Notes under the pieces: generated by a model
The model's database searches: none
Seen by the model: the letters and a program-made list of their open reading frames with translations, nothing else
What the model was told of the DNA's origin: nothing
Shown: piece by piece, positions 48,164 through 58,519 of the stretch
Numbering within the stretch: position 1 is the stretch's first letter
Layout: each line of letters starts with the position of its first letter
Assembly (NCBI GenBank): GCA_963745835.1
Contig: CAVUZH010000003.1
Location: 1,344,001 to 1,408,000, forward strand
Direction: 5' to 3'
Length of the DNA: 64,000 nucleotides
Source of the DNA: an uncultured delta proteobacterium
Lineage (GTDB): Bacteria > Desulfobacterota > Binatia > UBA9968
Made by a program: the position numbers and the translations under genes

Positions 48164-48613
48164 CTAAGTCTTAACTGCTTCGAGCGCGTCCTCAGCCTCT
48201 TCAGGACGTCGCATAGAGTCGATTCCCTCGAAATCGCCGCGCAAAGCTTTCAAAGCATATTTCTCCCGGTTGATCTCATCGCGAGTTCGAACACCCAGCC
48301 GCCGGAATATCGGCACAGGTGGACACCAACCTTGGATTGCATGTTGAAACAAGAATGGTAAAACCACGCTCGGAACAATTAGCCATTTCCTGTTCCGAGT
48401 TATGCCGAGCACAAGTCCGGTGAACGCAGCGGCGGAGGCGTTAGCCTCCAGCAGCCGCTCCATGTCCCACTCATGATCGAGCTCGTTTATACGCCGAGTA
48501 AGCTCACTCTCACTTCGCAGGGAATACTCCCGAACGCGATTGTCGATCTCGCGATCGATTTTGCGGTTTATCTCTTCAGCCGTGTTGGCGCGTACCCTAT
48601 CTGCCTTCGCCAT
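48164..48613 (-). CDS. DUF2892/YgaP-like membrane protein
   Basis: ELDHEWDMERLLEANA, two TMs, FQHAIQGWCPPVPIFRRLGVRT. Confidence 0.8.
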   Translation of the reverse strand: MAKADRVRANTAEEINRKIDREIDNRVREYSLRSESELTRRINELDHEWDMERLLEANASAAAFTGLVLGITRNRKWLIVPSVVLPFLFQHAIQGWCPPVPIFRRLGVRTRDEINREKYALKALRGDFEGIDSMRRPEEAEDALEAVKT

Positions 48614-48764
48614 GTCTATTGACCTCCGGTAATCGAGGCCGGAGCGCTCTCGTGTGCTCAGGTCGCATGATCAAAAAGCTTCTTGATCGTTGCCTTACCA
48701 GATCTGGATCTACTCTAACAGTTACGAAGTGGCGAAAAAATCGGCTGGCGGGAGAAGCAGGCGG

Positions 48765-49109
48765 CTAAAGATCTTTGTCGGCGGTAGCCACCTCCTTAAC
48801 CAGAAACATGCATTGCTGGCATCTTACCTCGGAAACTGTGCCGTTGTTGTATTCGGTTTGCTGAAGCTCTTTTGAACCGCATTCGGGGCACTTTGTTCCT
48901 TGTTCAGTCGCTACGTCATATCCAAGTTTTTCGATCTCTACATGCCCTTTCCTCACCGGAAGCATCTCAATCTCATAATAGAGTTGGCACTGCCGACAGA
49001 TAACACGGCACTCGCGAAATAATCTCGGTCTGTACTCCCTCGGCTTCCACTCGGTTTCAACGACGAAATCCTGCGATTGACAGTTGGGACAGGTCATCTT
49101 TATTTCCAT
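48765..49109 (-). CDS. Double Zn-ribbon hypothetical protein
   Basis: AAGGAGG RBS; CPNC, CRQC, CPEC, CQQC. Confidence 0.7.
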   Translation of the reverse strand: MEIKMTCPNCQSQDFVVETEWKPREYRPRLFRECRVICRQCQLYYEIEMLPVRKGHVEIEKLGYDVATEQGTKCPECGSKELQQTEYNNGTVSEVRCQQCMFLVKEVATADKDL

Positions 49110-49566
49110 AACCCCTCCTTAGCACTGGAAAGTTTGAGCGGACAGTTCCGCATTACTGGCAAGCACGATGCTTACTTTTGATCGGCAGCCTCCGAACAAA
49201 TGGCGAACATCCCACCAAGGTAAGGCGTGCGTGCTCAATACTTCGGGAACAACCGAGCCTTCGCACTATCGAACATGCTTCAAGCCCCGGTGACCTCAGC
49301 TGGTCTCATAGAATCAACTACTTATGAGTCCCTGTCAATAATAAAGCTAATGGCCTACGGGATGATGTCATGGGTTAACGAAACGCCGGAGTGAGAATTT
49401 AATCGGCTGTGCTTCGACAGCGTGCGAGAGCTTCTTTTTCAAAAGAAGAAAACCGCGCGCCGAATTACAACACGCGGCGCGGAATTTTTAGGTTACCGGC
49501 AGGTTGTGACTTGAACTGAATGATCCCTTCTGTCAATCTTTGGTGAACTCTAATTGTGCCGTTTCA

Positions 49567-50889
49567 ATGACTGAAACAGAACTCCCCCGAGATCAACTCC
49601 TGGCTCTTGCTTCTCATCTAAACAGTCGACGCGACAGCATTCTGGAAAAGTGGCGCGCGGCGGTGAAGCAGGATTCAGCGCTTACCAATGCAACCACGCT
49701 CTCGAGCGCGCAATTCTACGATCACATTCCCAGCGTACTTGATTCGTTTGAAAGGAATCTTTGCGCCCGCAGTCAAGCGGCTGCTGTCGACGCAGCAGAA
49801 GTCCAGAAAGAACTGGCCGCTGACCATGGACTTCATCGCTGGCACCACGGCTACAATCAACAGGAAGTGATGCGCGAGTGGAGTCATTTGCATCTCTGTC
49901 TCGTCGCCGTGCTCGAAGAATACGATGCTGCGCACCCCGAGATTGCCCATGAGGTCATGGCGTTTGCGAGGCTCACACTGGCGCAGTTGTGCAGCGACGG
50001 CGTCAACGAAAGCGCCTCGCGTTATGCTCGTTTGCAACAGGTGGAGGCGGCTGGCCGCCTTCGTGACTTGGAACAGGCGCTGGCGCAGCTAAGAAGTTCG
50101 GAGCGCCAAAGAGCCGATGCCTGGCGCGAAGCAGCCCATGACCTGCGTGGTAAGCTGGGAGTTGTTAAAAATGTCACCGAGATTCTGACCAATGACCGTT
50201 TGCCCGAGTCCGACCGAGGCGAAATTCGCACGATGCTACAGCAGGGCGTTGAGTCGTTGCACGCTCTTCTGGAAGATCTGATCGTGTTATCTCGCTTGGA
50301 TGCCGGCCAGGATCGACGCAACATCACCGGTTTCGACGCCGGGGCTATGCTGCGGGATTTGTGCGTTGCGATGAAACCCGCCGCCACGGAGCGCAATCTG
50401 TTTCTTGAATCCCTGGGTCCGGAACCGTTTATGGTCGAAGGAGATTCGGTCAAAATTCTGCGTATCACTCAAAACTTGCTGCTAAACGCCATCAAGTATA
50501 CCGAACAAGGAGGCGTGAAGGTCGGTTGGTCGGAAGTGGCGCCGCAAACATACGAGCGCTGGATGCTGTATGTACAAGACACCGGTCCGGGCTTTGAAGA
50601 CGGCTCGATCACGCCGCTCGCGCAAGCAATCAAGAAATCCACGGAAGAGGTTCAGGTGGTGGACCAGGAGGCGGAAAAAGCCGGTCAGGATTCAACCTTT
50701 GTCGCCCCCGCGCCCGTGCTTCCTTCGGAGTCAAAGCACCGACCGGACTATCAACCGCCCGGTGAAGGAATCGGCCTATCGATTGTCAAAAAACTCTGCG
50801 AGCTCCTGGACGCCAGCTTGGAATGTGAAACCGAGCGCGGCAAAGGAAGCACCTTTCGGGTTATCCTTCCGCGCCGCTACGAAGCCTAG
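49567..50889 (+). CDS. Cytoplasmic sensor histidine kinase (RsbRD-N-like input domain)
   Basis: AAHDLRG H-box, NLLLNAIKYT N-box, VQDTGPG, GIGLSIV; no TM; ILEKWR...HGLHRWHHGY input domain. Confidence 0.9.
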   Translation: MTETELPRDQLLALASHLNSRRDSILEKWRAAVKQDSALTNATTLSSAQFYDHIPSVLDSFERNLCARSQAAAVDAAEVQKELAADHGLHRWHHGYNQQEVMREWSHLHLCLVAVLEEYDAAHPEIAHEVMAFARLTLAQLCSDGVNESASRYARLQQVEAAGRLRDLEQALAQLRSSERQRADAWREAAHDLRGKLGVVKNVTEILTNDRLPESDRGEIRTMLQQGVESLHALLEDLIVLSRLDAGQDRRNITGFDAGAMLRDLCVAMKPAATERNLFLESLGPEPFMVEGDSVKILRITQNLLLNAIKYTEQGGVKVGWSEVAPQTYERWMLYVQDTGPGFEDGSITPLAQAIKKSTEEVQVVDQEAEKAGQDSTFVAPAPVLPSESKHRPDYQPPGEGIGLSIVKKLCELLDASLECETERGKGSTFRVILPRRYEA

Positions 50890-51150
50890 CGCGCGGAGCT
50901 TGAGAAAGTTCACCAGTCATAGTTCAGCTAGTTTCATAAGCAGAAATAGCTTACTCGCGAGACACCAGTCGTCGGGCTTGCGATTCGAATTTCTTTCGGA
51001 CCTCCGTAGAATCTTTGATTGCCAATTAAACGGGCTTTATCTCGCTCTCTCTTACGTCGGCAATGCGATGTTTGACAGAGATTATTGCATTCATTAGATT
51101 CTGCCCGACAAATATCGATCCAAAACACTCTGCACCGTCAGGGAGGTTTC

Positions 51151-52212
51151 ATGCGCACCAGAATAGAAGGGACATTATCGATTGCCGCAGTTGCGGTTTT
51201 TCTCAGTATCGGCTCGACTGCTGTGAGCCAGACGAAAAAACCGACTACGCTTGCGGAACTAGCAGCCTACACGGGCGCCGACCGTGAACAGCTTTTATTG
51301 GCCGGGGCCAGAGCTGAAGGCAAAGTCGTTTGGTACACGTCATTGGCCGGCGCGTCATTCAAAGAACCCATGAAAGCCTTTGAAGCGAAGTATCCCGGCG
51401 TCAAAGTGGAAGTTTATAGATCTCAGAGCAGCGATCTCGGAAAGAGGATCATGACCGAGAACAAGGCAAAGCGGTTTTATATGGATGCGCTCGAAACCAC
51501 GCTGCCGCTTCAGAAGCTTCTGCATGAAGACAAAATGATGACTCCTTTTACTTCGCCTCACCTCAGCAAGTATCCAGATATAGCAAAACGAAAAGCGGAT
51601 AAGGGGCTGTACTTTTGGGCGGTGGACCGTGAGTCATATTCAGGATTAGCGATCAACAAGACCTCCATCACGGCAGCGAGTGTAAAGAACTACGAAGATC
51701 TCTTGAGGCCCGAGTTCAAGGGCAAATTAGGTTTTGCCATTTCCGAGACCGGACCGAGAGCTATCGGTGCAATGATCACGGCGAAAGGCGAAGAGTTTGT
51801 AAGAAAGCTGAAGTCACAGGAAGTTTCATTGCACGCGGTTTCAGGCCGCGCCGTGGCCGACCTGGTCGCCTCGGGTGAATTGGGTGCATCGCCGACGGTT
51901 TTCCGCAGCCATGCATCGGAGATTGCCGCCAGCGGCGCTCCGGTTACCTGGATTCCAATGGATCTGGTGCCTACTAATGCCGGTGCCGTAAGTCTTCCAA
52001 TCAGCGCGCCGCATCCGCACGCAGCCGTTCTCCTGATAGATTTCATGTTGAGTCCCGAGGTGCAGGCCATCTTCGAGAAGGGTCAACAAGGTAGCCCGGC
52101 TAAGGATTACGGTTTCAAACGGTGGTATCCTGAAGAGGGAATGAATTCCGAGCAATACGATAAGGCGAGCACGCAGTGGGAGAAACTGCTGCGCGAGATC
52201 GGCCGCAACTAA
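51151..52212 (+). CDS. ABC extracellular solute-binding protein (Fe3+-type family)
   Basis: Signal peptide, EGKVVWYTS, FEAKYPGVKVE, APHPHAAVLLIDFMLS; GGAGG RBS. Confidence 0.9.
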   Translation: MRTRIEGTLSIAAVAVFLSIGSTAVSQTKKPTTLAELAAYTGADREQLLLAGARAEGKVVWYTSLAGASFKEPMKAFEAKYPGVKVEVYRSQSSDLGKRIMTENKAKRFYMDALETTLPLQKLLHEDKMMTPFTSPHLSKYPDIAKRKADKGLYFWAVDRESYSGLAINKTSITAASVKNYEDLLRPEFKGKLGFAISETGPRAIGAMITAKGEEFVRKLKSQEVSLHAVSGRAVADLVASGELGASPTVFRSHASEIAASGAPVTWIPMDLVPTNAGAVSLPISAPHPHAAVLLIDFMLSPEVQAIFEKGQQGSPAKDYGFKRWYPEEGMNSEQYDKASTQWEKLLREIGRN

Positions 52213-52246
52213 AATGAAACTCAAGTATCACGGAGGAGAATCAAAA

Positions 52247-53284
52247 GTGCTGACCATCGATGCTGATGCCCACGTAGTTGAGAGTGAACGAACCTGGGAC
52301 TATTTGGAAGGTAGCGACAAACGTTATAGGCCGGTGCCCATTACCGCCGACATGCCTCAGGATAAGAGAAAAAACTTCTGGATTATCGGTGGCCGCCTGA
52401 TTGGAGGGCGCGATAATATCGGCAAGGATACTTCTCAGGAGTCTCGAGAAATGGCCGACATTGAGGCGCGACTAAAGCACATGGACGAGATCGGCACTGG
52501 GATTCAGGTGCTCTACCCTACTCTATTTCTCCGTCCGTGGACGGACCAACCGGAAATCGAGGTAGCACTGAGTCGCTCTTATAATCGTTGGCTCGCGGAC
52601 ATCTGGTATAAAGCCAAGGGTCGATTGCGTTGGGCTGTGCATTTACCTTTGATGACGATGGACAAAGCGCTGGACGAGCTTCGCTGGGCCTCCGGAAACG
52701 GCGCGTGCGCTGTTTTTATGCGCTGTCTGGAAACCACTCATAGGTTGCACGATCCCTACTTCTTTCCCTTATACGAGGAAGCAAGCCGGCTCAACATGCC
52801 CATCGGCATTCACTCAGGGGTGGGAAACTTCGCGGTCTCCGAAGCTTTCGGCGTTGATCCTTTTCGCGAAGCCAAGCTCGGCGTGATTGGCGCTTTTCAC
52901 GCTATGATCATGCGCGGCATCCCGGAACGTTTTCCGCGTCTCCGCATCGGTGCCATCGAAGTTTCCGCACAATGGATTCCGTACGTGGTCCATGACATCA
53001 ACCTGCGTTTGCCGAAGTTTCTCGGCAAAGAGGCCAATCCCGATGTGCTGCGCAACAGCAGTCAATTGTTTGTTGCCTGCCAGACCGATGATGACCTGCC
53101 TTACATACTGAAGTATTCCGGTGAAAATAGCCTGATGATCGGCTCTGATTACGGCCACGCCGATAATGCCAGCGAGTTGCTGGCTTTGACTCGACTTAAA
53201 GCCAAGGGTGAAATCGATCCCCAGGTGATCGATAAAATCCTTTATGACAATCCAGCGCGGTTCTACGGCTTGTCGATTAATTGA
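52247..53284 (+). CDS. Amidohydrolase family 2 protein (decarboxylase/hydratase-like)
   Basis: IDADAH, YNRWLAD, PIGIH, GSDYGH, NPARFY; GTG start after GGAGG. Confidence 0.9.
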   Translation: MLTIDADAHVVESERTWDYLEGSDKRYRPVPITADMPQDKRKNFWIIGGRLIGGRDNIGKDTSQESREMADIEARLKHMDEIGTGIQVLYPTLFLRPWTDQPEIEVALSRSYNRWLADIWYKAKGRLRWAVHLPLMTMDKALDELRWASGNGACAVFMRCLETTHRLHDPYFFPLYEEASRLNMPIGIHSGVGNFAVSEAFGVDPFREAKLGVIGAFHAMIMRGIPERFPRLRIGAIEVSAQWIPYVVHDINLRLPKFLGKEANPDVLRNSSQLFVACQTDDDLPYILKYSGENSLMIGSDYGHADNASELLALTRLKAKGEIDPQVIDKILYDNPARFYGLSIN

Positions 53285-53326
53285 GTTTCCATGTAAGAAA
53301 GACGCTGCGGCCCGCGCGGAGACAAC

Positions 53327-53764
53327 TCACTTCATCGGACGAAACTTCGGCAAGGTATAGCCTTCGTTGTCCTCGTAGACCACTTCCACCGGCATGCCGA
53401 TCTTCACTTGATCGGGCGCGCAATCGATGACGTTGCTGATCAAGCGCGGCCCTTCGTCAAGATCCACCAACGAAACATTGTAAGGCACCTTGTCCTCATA
53501 GGACGGGTGCCAGGCGCGGCAATAGGTGACGAACGAATACACTTTGCCTTTGCCGCTGAGCTGAACCCAGTCGTACTCCGGAGAAAGACAAAGGGGGCAG
53601 GAACCCTGAGGCGGATAGCTAAAAAGTTTGCCGCATACGCGGCAGCGCTGCGCCGTCAATTTGTGCTCACTCAGACTAGCCCAGAACGGCTTGGCTTCCG
53701 GTTCCTGGAGGAACGGTTCTACTTTAGGGACGGCTCGCCCGCGGTGGTCTTTTGTCTCGCTCAT
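53327..53764 (-). CDS. DUF35-type Zn-ribbon/OB-fold protein
   Basis: PFW, QRCRVCG, CPLC, SGKGKVYSF, LVDLDEGPRL. Confidence 0.92.
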   Translation of the reverse strand: MSETKDHRGRAVPKVEPFLQEPEAKPFWASLSEHKLTAQRCRVCGKLFSYPPQGSCPLCLSPEYDWVQLSGKGKVYSFVTYCRAWHPSYEDKVPYNVSLVDLDEGPRLISNVIDCAPDQVKIGMPVEVVYEDNEGYTLPKFRPMK

Positions 53765-54915
53765 AATGCCCCCAAAATCAGACTAGCGTGCATGCATAGG
53801 CTGCCGCCATGGCCGCTGACGATACCAAGTTTGGCATCTTTTACCTGACGCTCCGGTTCGACTTCATTGCCGCGAAGCTGTCGCGCCGCTTCGGTGACGT
53901 GCAGCATGCCTTCGATATGCGCCTGCGATAACAGGCCGCCGTGGGTGTTCACCGGAAGCTCGCCGCCGACTTCGATGCGGCCGTTTTTGACAAAGTCCTT
54001 GCCTTCGCCTTTTTTGCAGAAACCATAATCTTCCAGGGTGATCATCGTGGTGATCGTGAAGCAGTCATAGATTTCGGCGAAGTTCATTTCTCCGGGTGTG
54101 AGTCCGGCCATCTTGTACGCCAGTTCGGATGACTTTTTGCCGCCGAGAGTCGTCAAACTGGGAGCATCCATCAGGCTAAAATGTGGATGATGTTGTCCCA
54201 TTCCTAAAATCGCCACCGGCCGTTTGGGATAATCGCGGGCGCGTTCAGCGCTGGTGACCAGAACCGCGCCGCCTCCGTCGGACTCCAGCGCGCAGTCGAA
54301 AAGGCGTAGTGGATCGACGATGTAGCGTGATGCCTGGTGATCGGCGATGGTCATGGCTTTTCTCATCGTTGCGTTTCCGTTCAGACAAGCGTGCTTGCGC
54401 GTTGCCACTGCGACATGGGCGAGATCTTCGCTGGTAGTGCCGAAGTCGTGCATATGGCGCTGCGCGGCAAAGGCGTGATTGGCGACGGCCGAGAAATGGC
54501 CCCAAGGTTCCTCCCAATGTTCGTCGCCGTGGCGAATCGGGTTGCCCGGCGACGGATCGGGAGTGGCGCGTTTACGCGCGTGCACGCACATGACCGTGTT
54601 GGCCATGCCCGCTTCGATTGCCATGACCGCGTTCTGGACCATCGCGATCGGGGTCGCGCCACCAAGAGCCAGGTCGGTGGCATAGGTCGGGCTCATGCGC
54701 GCCATATTCGCCATGCGCACGGCGTAACTACGGTGCGCGTCGTTGAGCGGTTGATTGGTAATGAAGCCGTCGACCTCAGAGGCTTTGATCCCGGCATCGT
54801 CGAGGCAAGCCTTGATGCATTCGAGATGAAGCGAATGCGTGCTCGCCTCCGGTCGCTTACCGACTTTAGTTTCGCCAACCCCGACAATGGCGTACCGGCC
54901 GCTAATATGTCCCAT
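53761..54915 (-). CDS. Thiolase-fold protein (SCP2/Ltp2-like)
   Basis: YAIVGVGET, PLRLFDC, EIYDCFT, PVNTHGGLLS; start at MGHIS after GGAGG. Confidence 0.9.
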   Translation of the reverse strand: MGHISGRYAIVGVGETKVGKRPEASTHSLHLECIKACLDDAGIKASEVDGFITNQPLNDAHRSYAVRMANMARMSPTYATDLALGGATPIAMVQNAVMAIEAGMANTVMCVHARKRATPDPSPGNPIRHGDEHWEEPWGHFSAVANHAFAAQRHMHDFGTTSEDLAHVAVATRKHACLNGNATMRKAMTIADHQASRYIVDPLRLFDCALESDGGGAVLVTSAERARDYPKRPVAILGMGQHHPHFSLMDAPSLTTLGGKKSSELAYKMAGLTPGEMNFAEIYDCFTITTMITLEDYGFCKKGEGKDFVKNGRIEVGGELPVNTHGGLLSQAHIEGMLHVTEAARQLRGNEVEPERQVKDAKLGIVSGHGGSLCMHASLILGAL

Positions 54916-54980
54916 GGTTCCTCCGAACAGATGATAGTCAAGACTTACGGGTCGTGAGGCATTGCTCATTGATCCCAGCG

Positions 54981-55001
54981 CTCCATCACTCCATACTCCA
55001 G
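54981..55001. repeat. Short (a)ctcca repeat x3
   Basis: ctccatcactccatactccag. Confidence 0.4.
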
Positions 55002-55243
55002 CCGGCCAGGATTTCCAACTGATTTACGTAAAATAACGCAATCGTAAAAGGATAGCGTCTCGTGTTCACCACGTTGAAGAGGATTCGGAAAATCATGACT
55101 GACTGCCCGCAATACGCCTTAGATGTGATAGATCGGTAGGTCCAAGTCTCACGACAATTTTGGGACTAGCGCGGGTCTCAGGTTCTTAAGCGGTGCGGGA
55201 CAGCGTCATGGACGTTCTGAGCCGCCAACGGATGACACCTGAA

Positions 55244-55375
55244 TCATTTGGCCGATGGGTGATTCAGCGTTCCTGCTTCCGGAGCCTCTTTCTTTTTCTT
55301 GAAATACTCTCGCTTAGCAAGCCGAGTCGCATGCCGCTTACGGCGTTGCAAGTTGCGTTTAGCATTCTGTTTCAT
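55244..55375 (-). CDS. Small basic protein (43 aa)
   Basis: Below ORF cutoff; GGAGG RBS; MKQNAKRNLQRRKRHATRLAKREYFKKKKEAPEAGTLNHPSAK. Confidence 0.5.
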   Translation of the reverse strand: MKQNAKRNLQRRKRHATRLAKREYFKKKKEAPEAGTLNHPSAK

Positions 55376-55584
55376 GTCGTACCTCCATCTTCGTGCATCT
55401 TTTATTTATGTGCTATTTACAGTTGGCTCTCGATGGCAGTCAAAGCCGTTGTCACAGAGACGAATTCAGACCAAACAGTTCACACAATAGCCGGTGCAGC
55501 GAGCGGCGGCAACCGAAGCGTTCTGATAACACCGCATAGGATTTGCTGTAGCGTGTGGGAAGACGGTTGGCGACGCAACAACGC

Positions 55585-56277
55585 CTAGACAAGCCGTAAC
55601 TGCGCATCTGAGATCGGATTGATGCAATCCGAGGAGTCGAATTCAGGCTTATTAACCAGCGGCGAAACATCGTGAGACTCCATCAGCTCCGAAGGAAACG
55701 GCGCAAGCACCGCCGCGATATCTGCATCGCGCGTGCTGAGCCGCGGATCCAGCCACTGCCTCGCCTGCAGCGGATCGAAGATCACCGGCATTCGGTTGTG
55801 AATACGGCGCAGCAAGGCATTGGGCGCTGTCGTTATAATTGTGAAGCTGTGGAGTATCTCCCCTTCCACATCCCGCCACACATCCCAAAGGCCGGCGAAC
55901 GCGAACGGCTCTTTTTTCTTCAGATGAAACCAAACAGGCACTTTGCCGCTTCCCTCACGGCGCCACTCGTAAAAGCCGTCCGCGGGGATCAGGCAGCGGC
56001 GGCTTTCGACCAGCCGGCGAAAGCTCGGCTTTTCCGTTAGGCTGTCGGCGCGCGCATTGATCATTCGGTTCGCAATCGATCGATCCGGCGCCCATGACGG
56101 GACCAAACCCCAGCGCATGATCTTGAGTTCGTTCTTGCCCCCGTTCTGAATAATGACAGGCACTTCCTGCGAAGGCGCAATATTATAACGGCGACGAAGC
56201 AGCGGCAGATCACTCTGGAGTTTATAGCGAACTTTGATTTCTCGAAATTCGAAAGAAGCCGTAAAGCGTCCACACAT
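55585..56277 (-). CDS. SOS response-associated peptidase (SRAP/HMCES/YedK, abasic-site protection)
   Basis: MCGRF N-terminus, RYNIAPSQ, MRWGLVP, INAR, RCLIPADGFYEW, IHNRMP. Confidence 0.95.
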   Translation of the reverse strand: MCGRFTASFEFREIKVRYKLQSDLPLLRRRYNIAPSQEVPVIIQNGGKNELKIMRWGLVPSWAPDRSIANRMINARADSLTEKPSFRRLVESRRCLIPADGFYEWRREGSGKVPVWFHLKKKEPFAFAGLWDVWRDVEGEILHSFTIITTAPNALLRRIHNRMPVIFDPLQARQWLDPRLSTRDADIAAVLAPFPSELMESHDVSPLVNKPEFDSSDCINPISDAQLRLV

Positions 56278-56381
56278 AATAGCGGTCATCTATAGCACGC
56301 ATAGCGAGATCTTTCATCAACGCAGGAGATTGTTTAAGCTCTCTACATAGGATCCTAGACGGCAGACAATGGAGAGCTCAC

Positions 56382-56543
56382 ATGGTTACAGCAGATAGTA
56401 AGTGTCCAAAATGCGGGAATGGCATCATGAAACTGTTTCCTGAAACAAAGCCTCTGATTCCGGAACCCGAGCAGAGCGAGCTGCGCGCCCGCTGCACCGT
56501 TTGCAATTACGAGGATACGGTTACGATTCGATCCGACGATTAG
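56382..56543 (+). CDS. Small Zn-ribbon protein (53 aa)
   Basis: Below ORF cutoff; GGAG RBS; MVTADSKCPKCGNG...RCTVCNYEDTVTIRSDD. Confidence 0.65.
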   Translation: MVTADSKCPKCGNGIMKLFPETKPLIPEPEQSELRARCTVCNYEDTVTIRSDD

Positions 56544-57484
56544 AAGAGAACCATCTGCCAAATGATTCTTTGCATTCCTACCCAGCCCGCTGCAGCTCGA
56601 CTAAGACGGTGTCCCAAAGGAGTGAAGCTTATACTGGCGAAGAAATGACTTAGATCTTCTAGGCCACGGGTTTTGTCAACTTAGTCAATACGACGCCGCA
56701 CGAGTGGCGAGATCCTGTGGAAGAACTTCCATCTAAGGCTACTTCAGTACAAGAGATGACGGCTTTACCGGCATCATGTTTGCGCCAAAGCTGCTTCAGT
56801 AATAGTGCCTAGAGGAGTGACTTCGATGGAATCGCCGCGACAGAAGAATGGCGGTGTGGGCGATGAAACTATATGCCCCTTCAGCGCTAAGACGGAAGAA
56901 AACCCCAATATGAGGATCTGTGATTTGGAACCCTATATTGAGCAAGAACAGAAAGTCTTTAGAATTAAAGAAACAGCGCGGTCTTGTAATCGGCGGCGCA
57001 TGCTTAGAATTTATCTTCCATCATTACCGCTCAAGTAGATCGATAGTGAATACGACCCCAAATAAGTGGATTGACGAATGTTCAAGCTCCCAGAGTGGCC
57101 CCTTTTTAGAGTCAAATGTTTGCTCTGCCGTCATACAAATTGTCCGGCGTGTCGCGAGGTGTCATTTTCCATATTAGCATGTTGTCAATGCCGAGCTAGA
57201 TTCTTCGAACGTCTTAAAAGATTCATACGAGCACCAAAGCAGCAATGGTAACAAAAAAGATGGATTTACTATGTCGTGGACAGCGAGAAATAAAGCCCCT
57301 ATCGTTGGAGACACGTCGTCGCTATTCCAGGCTGTTTTCGAGTTCGCGTATCGTACTGAATTATTAAAACCGGACTTCCAAAGCGGAACGCCGTGGTTGT
57401 GCAAGAAGGATGTCTTCGAGTTTGAGAGAAGGCTTTCTCTCTTTGCAGCCCTAGGGTCGTGCCGATCCACCTATGCGTGGATCC

Positions 57485-58504
57485 TTACATACCGGACGTT
57501 TTATCTCGCACCAGGCGCTGAACGAAACATTGGCTGTCCCGTGACTCGTGAACACTCTGGCCGCAAGTGACTTTGCCCTTGAGCAAACCCGGTGCGGGGA
57601 ATGCGTCTGCTGTGTTATTCCCCTTATCGGGACAGAAACGTGCCCAATCTGTGATCATCTGGCACTGGTTCAAGTTGCCACCGTTCTTGATTACTGGAAT
57701 TAAGTAGCACCGGTTAGGGTCAGCTTTGAACATAGGCTTTAGGTGCTCATTAAAGATCGTTGCGTTGACACCATTGGCGATATTTCCACAGTAACCGACA
57801 TCGATTGCCGGCTGGCCTGCGCACAGGGGCAACTTCTCAAAAAGGGCCCGGACCTCATCGGTGCTTGCGTTAGTTATCTGGTAAGTTTCCCAGCCGGCAT
57901 TCCCTTTACCTCCGGTACGTAAGTCAAGCGTTGTATCCATACCGCAGATACCTTCCACGACGACTATGGGTAGTGCTGGAAGGGCTTGGTTCACAGCAAC
58001 CGCGCTGACGCTCACATTAGCGGTGCCTTCTGTGGCTTGACCGAACAAATTGAGGAGAGGAGTTAAGAACAGCGGAGACTTCATGGATTCCCCTGCAGAG
58101 CCCCCGTGAGGATTTTTATTCTCTAACGCAACCCGAGCTCCGTTAGCATTGGCGATGTTGACGCCTGAGGTGACAAATTCCCCAGTAGCGTTATCATACT
58201 TCACCAGCGTTACGTTCTGCTGATCAATGCTATTATTGGGACTGTCTAAATAATTGTTCCCGGTACCGGGATTAGTCCCGCCCGGATTAAACTTGGCCGC
58301 CCGGTTCGTGACGGTTGACCAGTTCCCGCTTGGTATTGCAGAAGCCGCCGCCAGAGCCGCCGCATCCACCGCCGGCTGCCCCTGCGATCTGACATAGGCG
58401 AGGTGCCCGGTATCTAACGCCATGCCGACCATGATCAGGAGCAAAACGATCATTACCGTGACGAAAATAAGCGCATAACCTCGTTCATTCGTTACAGCCT
58501 TCAT
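57485..58504 (-). CDS. tadG: TadG-like Flp pilus pseudopilin
   Basis: ERG|YALIF prepilin-like start, TM, MALDTG..YVRSQ.Q.AVDAAALAAA. Confidence 0.8.
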   Translation of the reverse strand: MKAVTNERGYALIFVTVMIVLLLIMVGMALDTGHLAYVRSQGQPAVDAAALAAASAIPSGNWSTVTNRAAKFNPGGTNPGTGNNYLDSPNNSIDQQNVTLVKYDNATGEFVTSGVNIANANGARVALENKNPHGGSAGESMKSPLFLTPLLNLFGQATEGTANVSVSAVAVNQALPALPIVVVEGICGMDTTLDLRTGGKGNAGWETYQITNASTDEVRALFEKLPLCAGQPAIDVGYCGNIANGVNATIFNEHLKPMFKADPNRCYLIPVIKNGGNLNQCQMITDWARFCPDKGNNTADAFPAPGLLKGKVTCGQSVHESRDSQCFVQRLVRDKTSGM

Positions 58505-58519
58505 CGCACCCTCCCCAAT

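Noticed and set aside
49157-49324. Sigma54-like motif (49157-49172) and IHF-like site (~49312-49324)
   Set aside because: Short degenerate matches far from the next start codon; could be chance.
56600-57480. Short ORFs in an AT-richer stretch between SRAP and tadG
   Set aside because: No motifs, overlapping on both strands and no clear RBS; cannot be supported.
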